Assembly: GCA_964497235.1 (NCBI GenBank)
Contig: CAZCCJ010000001.1
Coordinates: 67,910 to 131,909 of the forward strand
DNA: 64,000 bases
Direction: 5' to 3'
Source: an uncultured Staphylococcaceae bacterium
Lineage (GTDB): Bacteria > Bacillota_I > Bacilli_A > RFN20 > CAG-826
The notes under the pieces: generated by a model
What the model was told of the DNA's origin: nothing
Databases searched by the model: none
What the model saw: the letters and a program-made list of their open reading frames with translations, nothing else
Translations under genes and position numbers: made by a program
Part shown: positions 28,466 to 37,809 of the stretch, in pieces
Layout: every line of letters starts with the position of its first letter
Numbering within the stretch: the stretch's first letter is position 1

Positions 28466-28926
28466 CTTTCGCTCCTTTTGAACAGTTCGTCGCTATCGAA
28501 AATTATGGTGAATGGGCCGTCGTTAAGCAGATTGATTTTCATATCGGCTCCGAAGACGCCCTCTTGGACTTTTACCCCGTATTCGCGGAGCTTATCGTTC
28601 CATATGGCGTAGAATCCTTTGGCTTTTTCTGGAGCCATCGCATCGACGAAAGAGGGGCGGTTCCCTTCCTTCATATTCGCGTACAGGGTGAATTGGCTGA
28701 CGGAAAGTATCTCTCCATCGATTTGCGATAAGGAAAGGTTTGTTTTCCCGTTTTCGTCTTCGAATAAGCGGGATTGAACGACTTTTTTCGCCATTTTTCC
28801 GATGGTTTCAATTTCGTCTCCTTTTCCAAAACCGACCAAAAGAAGGTAGCCTTTTCCTATTTCCGCCACCCTTTTGCCACCAATATCTAGAGTGGCGCTT
28901 AGAACGCGTTGCAACAAAACTCTCAT
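28462..28926 (-). CDS. dtd: D-aminoacyl-tRNA deacylase
   Basis: 154 aa, with MRVLLQRV...LLLVGFGKGD...SQFTLYAN and a GPFT motif. Confidence 0.93.
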   Translation of the reverse strand: MRVLLQRVLSATLDIGGKRVAEIGKGYLLLVGFGKGDEIETIGKMAKKVVQSRLFEDENGKTNLSLSQIDGEILSVSQFTLYANMKEGNRPSFVDAMAPEKAKGFYAIWNDKLREYGVKVQEGVFGADMKINLLNDGPFTIIFDSDELFKRSER

Positions 28927-28927
28927 A

Positions 28928-30229
28928 TTATTGGATATAATCCCGTACCATCGGCAGGATCTCCTTCTTTTCGCTAGAAATCCTGAATGCGCCTTTTAAC
29001 ATATCGACCGTTTCCTGATATTCGTTTTTGTTGGTATGAACCTCGAATAACGGCTCGCCTTTGGAAACGTGGTCGCCGACTTTCTTCTTTAGGATGATGC
29101 CAGCGGACATATCGATTGCGTCTCCAAGTTTTTCGCGGCCCGCTCCAAGATGCATCGCCCCTTCGCCGATCAACAAAGAATCGATATGGTCGATGTAGCC
29201 TTCTTTTTCGGAATAAACGTCGAAAACGTGCTTGGACACGGGGAATTTCGAAGTATCGAGAAGATAAGAGACGTCGCCCCCTTGCGCTTTGAAAAGAGCG
29301 ATCAATTTGGCGAATCCGGAGCCGTCTTCTATTGCTTTTTCGATCATCGCCTTGCCTTCGTCGATCGAAGAGGCGATCTTCGCTTGGGTGAGCATTATCG
29401 CGCCGGCGTTAGTGACCAATTCCACGAAATCCTTCGGCCCATGGCCTTTTAGCGTATTCACGGCCTCCATCACTTCAAGGCTATTGCCGATCGCTAGCCC
29501 AAGGGGCTCGTCCATATCCGTTAAGATGGCCCTCGTGTCGCGCCCTAGGGACTTCCCGATTTTAACCATCGAAGTGGCTAATTTCTTGGCCATGTCGATG
29601 TCTTTCATGAAAGCGCCGCTTCCGAATTTGACATCCAAAAGTATGGCGTCGCTCCCTGAAGCGAGCTTCTTGCTCATTATGCTTGAGGCGATCAAAGGAA
29701 TCGAGTCCACCGTGCCAGTCACGTCTCTTAAGGCGTATAGCTTTTTGTCGGCTGGATCGATTTGAAGCGTTTGCCCATTGATCGCAATCCCTATGTCGTT
29801 TACTTGCTTTATGAAATCGTCATCGCTAAGCGAGACGCTCGTTCCGGGCACGCTTTCCATCTTGTCTAGCGTTCCGCCGGTATGCCCGAGCCCTCGTCCA
29901 GACATCTTCGCCAGCTTTGCGCCGCACGCCGCTACGAGAGGACCAAGCGCAAGAGAGGTCTTGTCTCCCACCCCGCCGGTGCTATGTTTATCGACTTTGA
30001 TTCCCGGAATCATCGAAAGATCGAGGATTTCGCCGCTATGGAGCATCGCATCCGTCAAAAGCGACGTCTCTTCCTCGTTCATTCCGACGAAGCGGATGGC
30101 CATAAGTAGCGCCGATACCTGATAGTCTGGTGCCGTCCCATCCGTCACGCCTTTCACGAAGAAATCGATTTCTTCTTTGCTTAGCGCCTCACCCATCTTC
30201 TTCTTTTCGATTAAATCTAGCATTCTCAT
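28928..30229 (-). CDS. pdp: Pyrimidine-nucleoside phosphorylase
   Basis: 433 aa, with the family-3 glycosyltransferase motif (DKHSTGGVGDKTS) and a C-terminal PYNP domain. Confidence 0.93.
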   Translation of the reverse strand: MRMLDLIEKKKMGEALSKEEIDFFVKGVTDGTAPDYQVSALLMAIRFVGMNEEETSLLTDAMLHSGEILDLSMIPGIKVDKHSTGGVGDKTSLALGPLVAACGAKLAKMSGRGLGHTGGTLDKMESVPGTSVSLSDDDFIKQVNDIGIAINGQTLQIDPADKKLYALRDVTGTVDSIPLIASSIMSKKLASGSDAILLDVKFGSGAFMKDIDMAKKLATSMVKIGKSLGRDTRAILTDMDEPLGLAIGNSLEVMEAVNTLKGHGPKDFVELVTNAGAIMLTQAKIASSIDEGKAMIEKAIEDGSGFAKLIALFKAQGGDVSYLLDTSKFPVSKHVFDVYSEKEGYIDHIDSLLIGEGAMHLGAGREKLGDAIDMSAGIILKKKVGDHVSKGEPLFEVHTNKNEYQETVDMLKGAFRISSEKKEILPMVRDYIQ

Positions 30230-30326
30230 CGTTTTTACCTCCGTCTATTATAAATGCTTCGGTCTTTCCTTTGATAGCAAAAGAAAGCGGTATCTCCCTT
30301 CTTTCGCCTCTATTGCTCTCTACGGT

Positions 30327-30355
30327 TTGTCTTTCTCGTCTTTTTTCACTATAAT
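30327..30355 (+). promoter_or_regulatory. Candidate promoter giving a leaderless rsmF-like mRNA
   Basis: TTGTCT, a 17-nt spacer, then TATAAT. The -10 box ends 7 nt before the ATG at 30363, and there is no Shine-Dalgarno sequence. Confidence 0.45.
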
Positions 30356-30362
30356 ACTTGCT

Positions 30363-31652
30363 ATGGATTTGAAGGAATCTTTGCTTAAGTATTTGCCTAG
30401 TGACGAAGTCGACGGATTGCTAGCCTCGCTAGAAAAAGAGGAAGTGACGCACGCTTTGTTGCTCAATACCAAGAAAATGTCGGACGAGGAATTCGTCTCG
30501 CGTTTTCCTAACGTTCGCAAGCACCCTTTCGTGAAACATGCCTATTTATACGACAAAGACGAATACGAATTCGGCAAGAACCTCCTATACGATGATGGCG
30601 TCTATTCGATCGAAGATCCAAGCGCCATGATGGTGAATTATTTCTTAGATCCTAAGCCAGGCGAGGTCATCCTCGATATCTGCGGAGCGCCGGGCGGCAA
30701 ATCGATCGGCGCATCATTGGCTATGGAGGATGAAGGGTTGGTCATCGCCAACGACATCAGCTATCCTCGTGCGAAAGCGATGTCGCAAAACGTCGAAAGG
30801 ATGGGCCGAGGCAACATGATCGTCGCGAGCAACGACTTCGTTTTCAGCCACATCCATTTCGCGAACACATTTGACAAAATCATCCTCGATGCCCCTTGCA
30901 GCGGCAGCGCCATGATCAGAAAAAACGAGAAAGCCGCCAAAGATTGGCGTTATGAGAAGGTGAAATCCTGCGCCAAGAGGCAAAACGAGCTCCTTGAACT
31001 CGCCTATTCCATGCTTAAAGAAGGCGGTATCATCTCCTATAGCACTTGCTCCTTCTCTTACGAAGAGGACGAAGGCGTCCTCCTTTCATTCAAAGAAAAG
31101 CATCCGGAGATCGAATTCGTCTCGCTTCCCGACGATCCTTCTTTCTATCACCTTAAGGAACTCCCTAGCGCCGTAAGGCTCCATCCCAACCATTTCGAGG
31201 GCGAAGGGCAATTCATCGCCCTCTTAAGGAAACCCGGCGTTTTGACGCCGACTCCCAAAACCGTGGTGAGCAATACCCGTTATAAGCAATTCCTAAGCGA
31301 TTATGGCTTGAGCGAGCGAAGCAATGAGATAATGCGCTCGAAATTCTATAGCCTGTCTATGCACTTCGACGTATCGCATCTCAATATATTGCGTTATGGC
31401 GTGAAATTATTCGAAATCCGCGAGATTTATATCCCCGATCACCATCTTTCGCACTTCCTAGGCCCCGAATATGGCTTCGATCTCACGTATGAGGAGTGCA
31501 AAGCGTACATTTCCGGGAATACCTTCCCTTGCGATAAGAAAGACGGTTTCTATATCGTCACCTATGACAATCAGAACCTTGGCTATGTGAAAGTCGTTCA
31601 AGGCACGGCCAAAAACCACTACCCCAAAGGCTTAAGGCGAAGCATCGATTAG
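30363..31652 (+). CDS. RsmB/RsmF-family rRNA (cytosine-C5)-methyltransferase
   Basis: Shows SAM motif I (DICGAPGGKS), motif IV (DAPCSGSAMIRKN) and motif VI (YSTCS), followed by a C-terminal PUA-like extension as in RsmF/YebU. The start is set at MDLKES (30363). The track start at 30177 overlaps pdp. Confidence 0.85.
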   Translation: MDLKESLLKYLPSDEVDGLLASLEKEEVTHALLLNTKKMSDEEFVSRFPNVRKHPFVKHAYLYDKDEYEFGKNLLYDDGVYSIEDPSAMMVNYFLDPKPGEVILDICGAPGGKSIGASLAMEDEGLVIANDISYPRAKAMSQNVERMGRGNMIVASNDFVFSHIHFANTFDKIILDAPCSGSAMIRKNEKAAKDWRYEKVKSCAKRQNELLELAYSMLKEGGIISYSTCSFSYEEDEGVLLSFKEKHPEIEFVSLPDDPSFYHLKELPSAVRLHPNHFEGEGQFIALLRKPGVLTPTPKTVVSNTRYKQFLSDYGLSERSNEIMRSKFYSLSMHFDVSHLNILRYGVKLFEIREIYIPDHHLSHFLGPEYGFDLTYEECKAYISGNTFPCDKKDGFYIVTYDNQNLGYVKVVQGTAKNHYPKGLRRSID

Positions 31653-32458
31653 CGTATCTTCCCCTTGCTTAAGGGGATTTTGTTTAATTTCTTCTCGTAG
31701 AATTCTTCGTCGAGTTTTTTGAATTCCGTTACTTTCTTATCGATTTCATCGTGCACTAGGTTTGCGATTTCCTCCGTCGTCTTCCCTTCGTAATCCTTGG
31801 GATAGATAGGAGAGAGGAAAGCCGCTTCAATCGGTATCCTTCTGCCGTTTGCCCCTGGATCTAGGACGCGGAAGGTGCCATAAATGGCCATCGGAACGAT
31901 TATCGTCTTGGCGCGCATTGCGCTTTTGAAGGAGCCAGGATGAAAAGGGGCGACTGAGGTGTTGATCGGGTCTTTGTTCCTTGTCCCTTCAGGATATATC
32001 GCGTAGTTAGAGGTCTTTTCCGTCAATCTCTTTTCGAGCTCTTTCATCAAAGTCAAGGACGCTCGAAGGTCCTTCCTAGGCAGAAACAAGCCGTCGATCG
32101 AGGCGATCGCCTTGCCGACGAATGGGTAATTCTTCGTTTCCTCTTTCGCCACGAAGGAAAGAGGACGTTTGAAAAACCTTAACGTCATGATCGGATCGTA
32201 ATCGCTTATATGATTGGATACGATGTATAAGGATTCGCCGCTATTCTCGAGCATATCGAGCTTTTCGTATCCTTCGGTATAGACATCTAGCCTCATATCC
32301 CTATCGAGATACAAAGTGAGCGACCGCAAAAGGTCATAACGGCTTTTTAGGCTTTTTTCAGTTGCCTTTTTGGCGTTATGGGCGATTTTCGGGAACGTCC
32401 ATAATAGCCTTGGCCCGAATTTGATCACGACGCGCGGATACTTAAAGGACAATTTCAT
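31649..32458 (-). CDS. plsC: 1-acyl-sn-glycerol-3-phosphate acyltransferase (PlsC family)
   Basis: Contains the HX4D motif (SNHISDYDP) and YPEGTRN. The start is set at MKLSFKY (32458) to avoid overlapping the upstream ORF. Confidence 0.8.
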   Translation of the reverse strand: MKLSFKYPRVVIKFGPRLLWTFPKIAHNAKKATEKSLKSRYDLLRSLTLYLDRDMRLDVYTEGYEKLDMLENSGESLYIVSNHISDYDPIMTLRFFKRPLSFVAKEETKNYPFVGKAIASIDGLFLPRKDLRASLTLMKELEKRLTEKTSNYAIYPEGTRNKDPINTSVAPFHPGSFKSAMRAKTIIVPMAIYGTFRVLDPGANGRRIPIEAAFLSPIYPKDYEGKTTEEIANLVHDEIDKKVTEFKKLDEEFYEKKLNKIPLSKGKIR

Positions 32459-32498
32459 GCGAACATTATAAATGCGGCGTCGAAATAAGCAAAAGCAT

Positions 32499-32789
32499 TT
32501 AGCCGTTTTTATGGCCTCCATAAGCGTTAGAGAATATCTCATGGAGCTCGCTTATGACGTATAGGCCCACCCCTTCTTTGGTTTCTAGCCTCCCTTTCAA
32601 GACTATCAAGGCGCCTAATGGAGCGAGCATGAAATGCGACTCCTTGCCGCCATATGATTTGACGGGAACCCTATCGACTTCGTATTTCCCTCCCATCGGC
32701 GTGTCGATCACGCGGTCGATTTCGACGTAACGCATCGAAGGCGAGATCCTCTCGCCCAATCTTCCTGACAAAGCCACCTCACTGATCAT
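32499..32789 (-). CDS. Small OB-fold, SSB-like protein lacking a C-terminal acidic tail
   Basis: 96 aa. The layout (VALSGRLGE...RYVEI...DRVPVKSYG...GALIVLKGRLETKEGVGLYVISE) mirrors the SSB OB-fold pattern (V.L.GRL...; G..V.V.GRL.T). A GAGAGG lies 8 nt upstream. Confidence 0.35.
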   Translation of the reverse strand: MISEVALSGRLGERISPSMRYVEIDRVIDTPMGGKYEVDRVPVKSYGGKESHFMLAPLGALIVLKGRLETKEGVGLYVISELHEIFSNAYGGHKNG

Positions 32790-32846
32790 AATGAAAACCT
32801 CTCTTTGATCTATGGGGCTATTTAGGATTGAATCCGAATGTCTCGA

Positions 32847-34955
32847 TCAATGGCTTTTTTCGAGGGCGCTAATGAGGATAGAGCATTTCGGAATAAGAAG
32901 GCTCTGTCCTTTGATTCCTTTTGGGAGTGTCTCCCCCGACATTAGAAGGAGACTTTGATCGGAATCGAGCGCATAGACGTAGGGAGACGACGAGGGGTTT
33001 AAAAAGATATTGACCTCTTGATATGGGCAAGAGGGCTCGAAAACGTCTGTTTTTATCCTTAATCCCTTCTCTAAATCCTCGATCGAAGTCGCTTTGGCTA
33101 AAGACGACGGATCTTGGTTATACACACATTGTAACGATTTTCTAATGGTTATGCAATCCTTGAGGTAATGTGCCAATGGCCATCTCTCATCCAGCGTTTT
33201 ATACGATAAAGCGTTATATTCATCGCCTTTATTGTAGGTATTGTCTTCGCCATTTTTGCTTTGCGCCGTTTCTTGCCCCATATGGATGAAGGGGATGCCA
33301 TGGCTAAAAATGACGGAGGCAATTCCCATCTTGCATCTTAGGAAAAGCTCGTCGTCGTCTTTTATGAGACACCCATAATGGAGATGGTCGTAAAAAGTCT
33401 TGTTATCATGGCATTCGATGTAATTTATCGATTGCGAGGCGTCTAAAAACATCGCTTCCTTCTCGTGAAACGGGACGGAAGACCCCAAGAAAGAGAATTT
33501 ATAGTCGTACTGCGCCTTCAAATCGCCGCCGATGTAGCGTTTGTTCGCTTCTCTGAAGAAATCGTTGAAGAAGGAAACGTTTGGCAAGACATCGTGATTC
33601 GTCATGGAGGCATATCGCCCCTCCTTCTCCCCCATCATGTTCCAGCCTTCGCCATAGACGATGAAAGAAGGATCCTTTTTCGATGCGTATTCCTCTATTT
33701 CCTTGATCGTGTCGACGTCGATAAGCCCCATAAGATCGAAACGGAAGCCGTCGACTTCGTAGAAATCGATCCAGAATTCGGCCGCTTCGACGATGAGTTT
33801 CCTTACCATCGGACGAGCGGTGTCTAAGTCATTGCCGCACCAGGAAACGTTGCTTAATTCGCCGTTTCCTTTCTTTCGGAAATAGTAATTCGGCGTCGTT
33901 TTCTCAAAAGAAGAGGAACTCCAGTCATATACGTGGTTGAAGACGACGTCCATGACGACCCTTATCCCCTCTTGATGAAGGGCGTCTATCATCTCTTTCG
34001 CCTCTTTTATCCTAAGATATGCGTCGTTTGGGTCACTACTATAGCTTCCCTCGGGGAGAAAATATTGCGATGGGTCGTATCCCCAATTGTAGGAAGAAGA
34101 AGGATCAAGCTCGTCAAGCGTCGAAAAGTCGAAGATCGGAAGGAGCTGAAGATGCGTTATCCCAAGCCATTTCAGGTAATCTAGTCCCGCCGGATGGCCA
34201 TTCTTTGTCACCTTGCCTCTTTCCGTCAATCCCAAGAAACGGCCTTTGTTTATGATGTTGCTATCATTGTCGCTAGTGAGGTCACGGACCGAGCCTTCGT
34301 ATATTATGGCGTCAGTTTTGTTTCTAAGAGGTGGCAAGCTCCTCTTCGAAGAATGGGAGGCGAATTTCGAGAGGTCGATGACCACGCTTTTGGAGGAGTT
34401 GGCAAGCGACCCCTTAGCATACGGATCGATGCTTTCCATGGTCACTTCGTTATTGGTGACTAAATATGTGTAAACGGCCGATTCATAGTCGCCGGCCAAT
34501 TCCGTTTTCCATACGCCGGAATCGTCTCTAACAAGGGGAAATATGGACGTTTTGCCGTCTTTTTCTATTTTTATCTCTACCCGCGAGGCTAAAGGCGCGA
34601 ATAAAGAGAATGTCGTTTTGCTTGGCGAATAAAAGGCGCCCAATCTCTCGCCAATCGGCGAATATTTCTCGTCGAAACCGGGGAATTCCGTCGCGTTCGA
34701 GACACATAAAGGAAGCATCCCCATATTCGTTTCGAGGAAATAACTATGGCCTAACGAAATCGGATGGCTTAGAACGTATGTCCTTCTTTTTTGGCTTTTA
34801 TCCTTTTCGGCGATCGAAAGACGCTCATTATGATCCTTAAGCAAATAATCCGCTTTGAAATCGTCATCGAGACGCTCAAAAGAGAGCACCTCTATCGTCT
34901 TTTCGTCTAGGAGATTGGCAATTAAGGATAATTTGCTCATTTGTTGGGGAATCAC
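32847..34955 (-). CDS. Type I pullulanase (GH13), cytoplasmic AmyX-like
   Basis: GH13 regions are present (DVVFNHV, GFRFDLMG, YGEGW, YIECHDN), with the pullulanase-type motif YNWGYDP. There is no signal peptide. The track start is a GTG at 34955, overlapping the ftsK stop. An ATG at 34940 is an alternative start. Confidence 0.88.
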   Translation of the reverse strand: MIPQQMSKLSLIANLLDEKTIEVLSFERLDDDFKADYLLKDHNERLSIAEKDKSQKRRTYVLSHPISLGHSYFLETNMGMLPLCVSNATEFPGFDEKYSPIGERLGAFYSPSKTTFSLFAPLASRVEIKIEKDGKTSIFPLVRDDSGVWKTELAGDYESAVYTYLVTNNEVTMESIDPYAKGSLANSSKSVVIDLSKFASHSSKRSLPPLRNKTDAIIYEGSVRDLTSDNDSNIINKGRFLGLTERGKVTKNGHPAGLDYLKWLGITHLQLLPIFDFSTLDELDPSSSYNWGYDPSQYFLPEGSYSSDPNDAYLRIKEAKEMIDALHQEGIRVVMDVVFNHVYDWSSSSFEKTTPNYYFRKKGNGELSNVSWCGNDLDTARPMVRKLIVEAAEFWIDFYEVDGFRFDLMGLIDVDTIKEIEEYASKKDPSFIVYGEGWNMMGEKEGRYASMTNHDVLPNVSFFNDFFREANKRYIGGDLKAQYDYKFSFLGSSVPFHEKEAMFLDASQSINYIECHDNKTFYDHLHYGCLIKDDDELFLRCKMGIASVIFSHGIPFIHMGQETAQSKNGEDNTYNKGDEYNALSYKTLDERWPLAHYLKDCITIRKSLQCVYNQDPSSLAKATSIEDLEKGLRIKTDVFEPSCPYQEVNIFLNPSSSPYVYALDSDQSLLLMSGETLPKGIKGQSLLIPKCSILISALEKSH

Positions 34956-37792
34956 TCGTTATCGCCGGCCAATTTGATTTCGGACGTCTTGTTGGGGTCT
35001 TGGTGAATGAGGACGCGGCATCCTTTGCTAGAGCTTTGGGTATCGGGGGCCGCGGCGACTATGCCGTCTTTCTGAAGGCGGTTGAAGATCTTGCCGGCGC
35101 GTGGGAAGCCGACTGTGAATTGCCGTTGTATTTTGGAAATCGATGTGTATTCGAGCTGCATCACCGCTTCCTTTACCATCTCATAGAACTCATCGTCGGA
35201 TTTCGCTTTGACTTCCGCTCGAGAGAGGGGAACGATGGCCTCTTCCGCCGCTTTCGCCTCTGCCTCGTGATCGACCAAATCCATGAAATCGTTGTTGTAA
35301 TCCGGCTCCATCTGCCCTCTGATATAGTCGCAGACGGCGTTTATTTCGTGCCCGTTGCAATAGCAGCCTTGGCAACGCGTGAAGCCCATGCGCGAAATCA
35401 AAGAGCAATCGACGAGCATGTCGCCATGTCCTACGAGCTCTTCGGCTCCGCCTTGGCCGATTATCGTTTGGCTATCGATGGCGCTCGACATGCTTAGCGC
35501 GACGCGGACGCCGATGTTGGCTTTGATGGTTCCAGTGATTACGGAGACGCTAGGCCTTTGGGTGGCGATGACTAGATGTATTCCAGCCGCACGGGCTTTT
35601 TGGGCGATGCGGACGACGGCGTCGCCAATGTTTTTGCAAGTGTCGCTTAAATCGGCGTATTCATCGATGAAGACGACGATATACGGCATTTTCGCATAAT
35701 CGCTTTCGGGCGAGAATTCGTTATTCCATTCGCCGATGTCCTTGACTCCGGCGATTTCGAACGCTTTGTAACGGCGCTCCATCTCGACGATCAATTTGTC
35801 TAAGCATACCTTCGCCTGGCTCGGCTCTTTGATGATCGGGCATAATAGGTGCGGCAGATCGTGGTATTTGGCCATTTCGACGCGCTTTGGATCGACTAAG
35901 ACGAGTTTGACGTCTTCAGGTCGATTGCGCATGATGATGGACATGATAAGGCCGGTTAAGAAGACGGATTTTCCTGAACCCGTGGTGCCAGCCGTCAAAA
36001 GGTGTGGGAAATCGGCCAAATTGGCGAATATCGGAGCATTGTCGATATTGACTCCAAAAGGGACATAGAGGCCACTGCCAGGCTTCTTTGGCAACGCGTC
36101 GACCATTCTTTTCAAGCTTACGGTCTCGGTTTTCTCGTTAGGCACTTCTAAGCCGGAGGTGCTTCTCCCCCTTACGATTTCCTCAAAACGGATACCAATG
36201 CCGTTAAGCCTCACGGCGATGTCTTTGATGTATTTGTTCAAAGATCCGACGGAGACGTTGGAATCGGTCCGGATGTTATAACGCGTGACGCTTGGTCCGA
36301 TCGTGAAGTCCTCGACATGGGCGCCGACGCCGAAATTGCTAAAGACCTCGTCTATCAGGTTTTTGCGGCGTTCGCAATTGAGCTTCTCTTGCTCGGCGTC
36401 AGGGCTTGGAGGATAGTCTTTGAGGAGATCGAGCGGCGGCATCTGATATGGCTTGAGCTCTTTTTTGTGAGGCATGCCGATGCTATCGAGCTGTTGTTCC
36501 TTCGTCGGTTTGGCGGGCGGGGCCGTCCAAGTTCCTTCGAAATGCTCTTCTTTTTCCTCTGTCGCTTCTATTTTCGCCTCTTTTTCGCTTGTTTTTAGAT
36601 CTTCGGCCGCTTTTTCCATTTCTTGATAGACGTCCTCTTTCGGTGTTTCCGTTGCTTTTTCTTCTTTTTGCGGCTCATCGATCGGGCGTATAGGCGCCGT
36701 TTCGTTTATAGCGCTTTGCTCGGGCTCAAAGAAAATGCCTTCTTCGACGGGCTTACTCGCTTTAGACATCTCGACCTCGGCGTTGATCTCGCTTATCGGC
36801 TTATCGCTGTTCCTATAAGTTTCCAAAACCTCATTTTCTTCGTTTATGGCCGGTTCATTAGGGATCTCGGCGGCGTTTTCGCTATGCGTAACGGATGGCT
36901 CGGGAACGCTTGCCTTCGTTTCGCTCTTCGTTACGGCCACGAAAGGTTCTTGCCGCTCGGATGAAGGCTTATATGCTGTATTTTTGCCGGAGAATTCGAA
37001 ATGCGCTTCCACCAAACCGCTGATCTTTTTCTCCTCTTGCGTTGGCCGGTAATACGAATTCGGGATTTCGATTTCTTTAGGCGTGATCGGAGAATCAAAA
37101 CGTGTTTCGGCGTTTTTGCTCATCCTGGAAGGGAGCGGCTTCGAATAGCAAGACGCATTGCTATCGACATATGACGCTTCTTCTTTTTCTTCATGATGAG
37201 TGGCGTACGCGTCGTTTTGAAGGGCCTTCTCGCTTTCTGAGATCTTCTTTTTGCGCTCCTTGTCGAGCATCCTCTTGCGTAACGCCGGGACGACGAAAGG
37301 AATAACGGCCAAAACGATGGCCGATAAGAAAAGAACGGTGAGAACGACGATTGGAAGCGCAAGCGAAACGCCAGTCAATGCGCCGGCAAGCGAGGTGAAG
37401 GCGACTCCGCCGGAATAGACGATGGAATAAGCCACTTCGCTACGAGGGAAAACGGATGAGAAAGCCGGGAAAAGAGAATTCAAATCGTGGTCCAGGCTTA
37501 GATATGAAAGGAGACCGAACAAAAAGCCGATGGCAAGGAAGGAAAGAATGGCGACCAAATGGAAACGCCAAGGGAGTTTCGGCGCTTTCCCTTTGAACAA
37601 GAGGTAAAAGCCAATCCCCAAAGAGTACGGCAAAAGGAAATAGAAACCCACATAGCCAAGTAGCCAAATGAACCCATACCCCAAAGCGTTAAAAACGCCA
37701 TAGGGAGAGAGCAGCAAAAGCGCGCTTAGCAATATAAGCATCCCGCCGAGCGCTTGTGAAATGTATTTCTTCGGAAACGACTTATCTTCCAT
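34952..37792 (-). CDS. ftsK: DNA translocase FtsK/SpoIIIE
   Basis: 946 aa, with N-terminal TM helices, a long E/K/P-rich linker, a motor domain (Walker A GTTGSGKS; Walker B VVFIDEYADL) and a gamma wHTH domain. Confidence 0.95.
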   Translation of the reverse strand: MEDKSFPKKYISQALGGMLILLSALLLLSPYGVFNALGYGFIWLLGYVGFYFLLPYSLGIGFYLLFKGKAPKLPWRFHLVAILSFLAIGFLFGLLSYLSLDHDLNSLFPAFSSVFPRSEVAYSIVYSGGVAFTSLAGALTGVSLALPIVVLTVLFLSAIVLAVIPFVVPALRKRMLDKERKKKISESEKALQNDAYATHHEEKEEASYVDSNASCYSKPLPSRMSKNAETRFDSPITPKEIEIPNSYYRPTQEEKKISGLVEAHFEFSGKNTAYKPSSERQEPFVAVTKSETKASVPEPSVTHSENAAEIPNEPAINEENEVLETYRNSDKPISEINAEVEMSKASKPVEEGIFFEPEQSAINETAPIRPIDEPQKEEKATETPKEDVYQEMEKAAEDLKTSEKEAKIEATEEKEEHFEGTWTAPPAKPTKEQQLDSIGMPHKKELKPYQMPPLDLLKDYPPSPDAEQEKLNCERRKNLIDEVFSNFGVGAHVEDFTIGPSVTRYNIRTDSNVSVGSLNKYIKDIAVRLNGIGIRFEEIVRGRSTSGLEVPNEKTETVSLKRMVDALPKKPGSGLYVPFGVNIDNAPIFANLADFPHLLTAGTTGSGKSVFLTGLIMSIIMRNRPEDVKLVLVDPKRVEMAKYHDLPHLLCPIIKEPSQAKVCLDKLIVEMERRYKAFEIAGVKDIGEWNNEFSPESDYAKMPYIVVFIDEYADLSDTCKNIGDAVVRIAQKARAAGIHLVIATQRPSVSVITGTIKANIGVRVALSMSSAIDSQTIIGQGGAEELVGHGDMLVDCSLISRMGFTRCQGCYCNGHEINAVCDYIRGQMEPDYNNDFMDLVDHEAEAKAAEEAIVPLSRAEVKAKSDDEFYEMVKEAVMQLEYTSISKIQRQFTVGFPRAGKIFNRLQKDGIVAAAPDTQSSSKGCRVLIHQDPNKTSEIKLAGDNE

Positions 37793-37809
37793 ATAGGCCT
37801 TTCAGTTGT

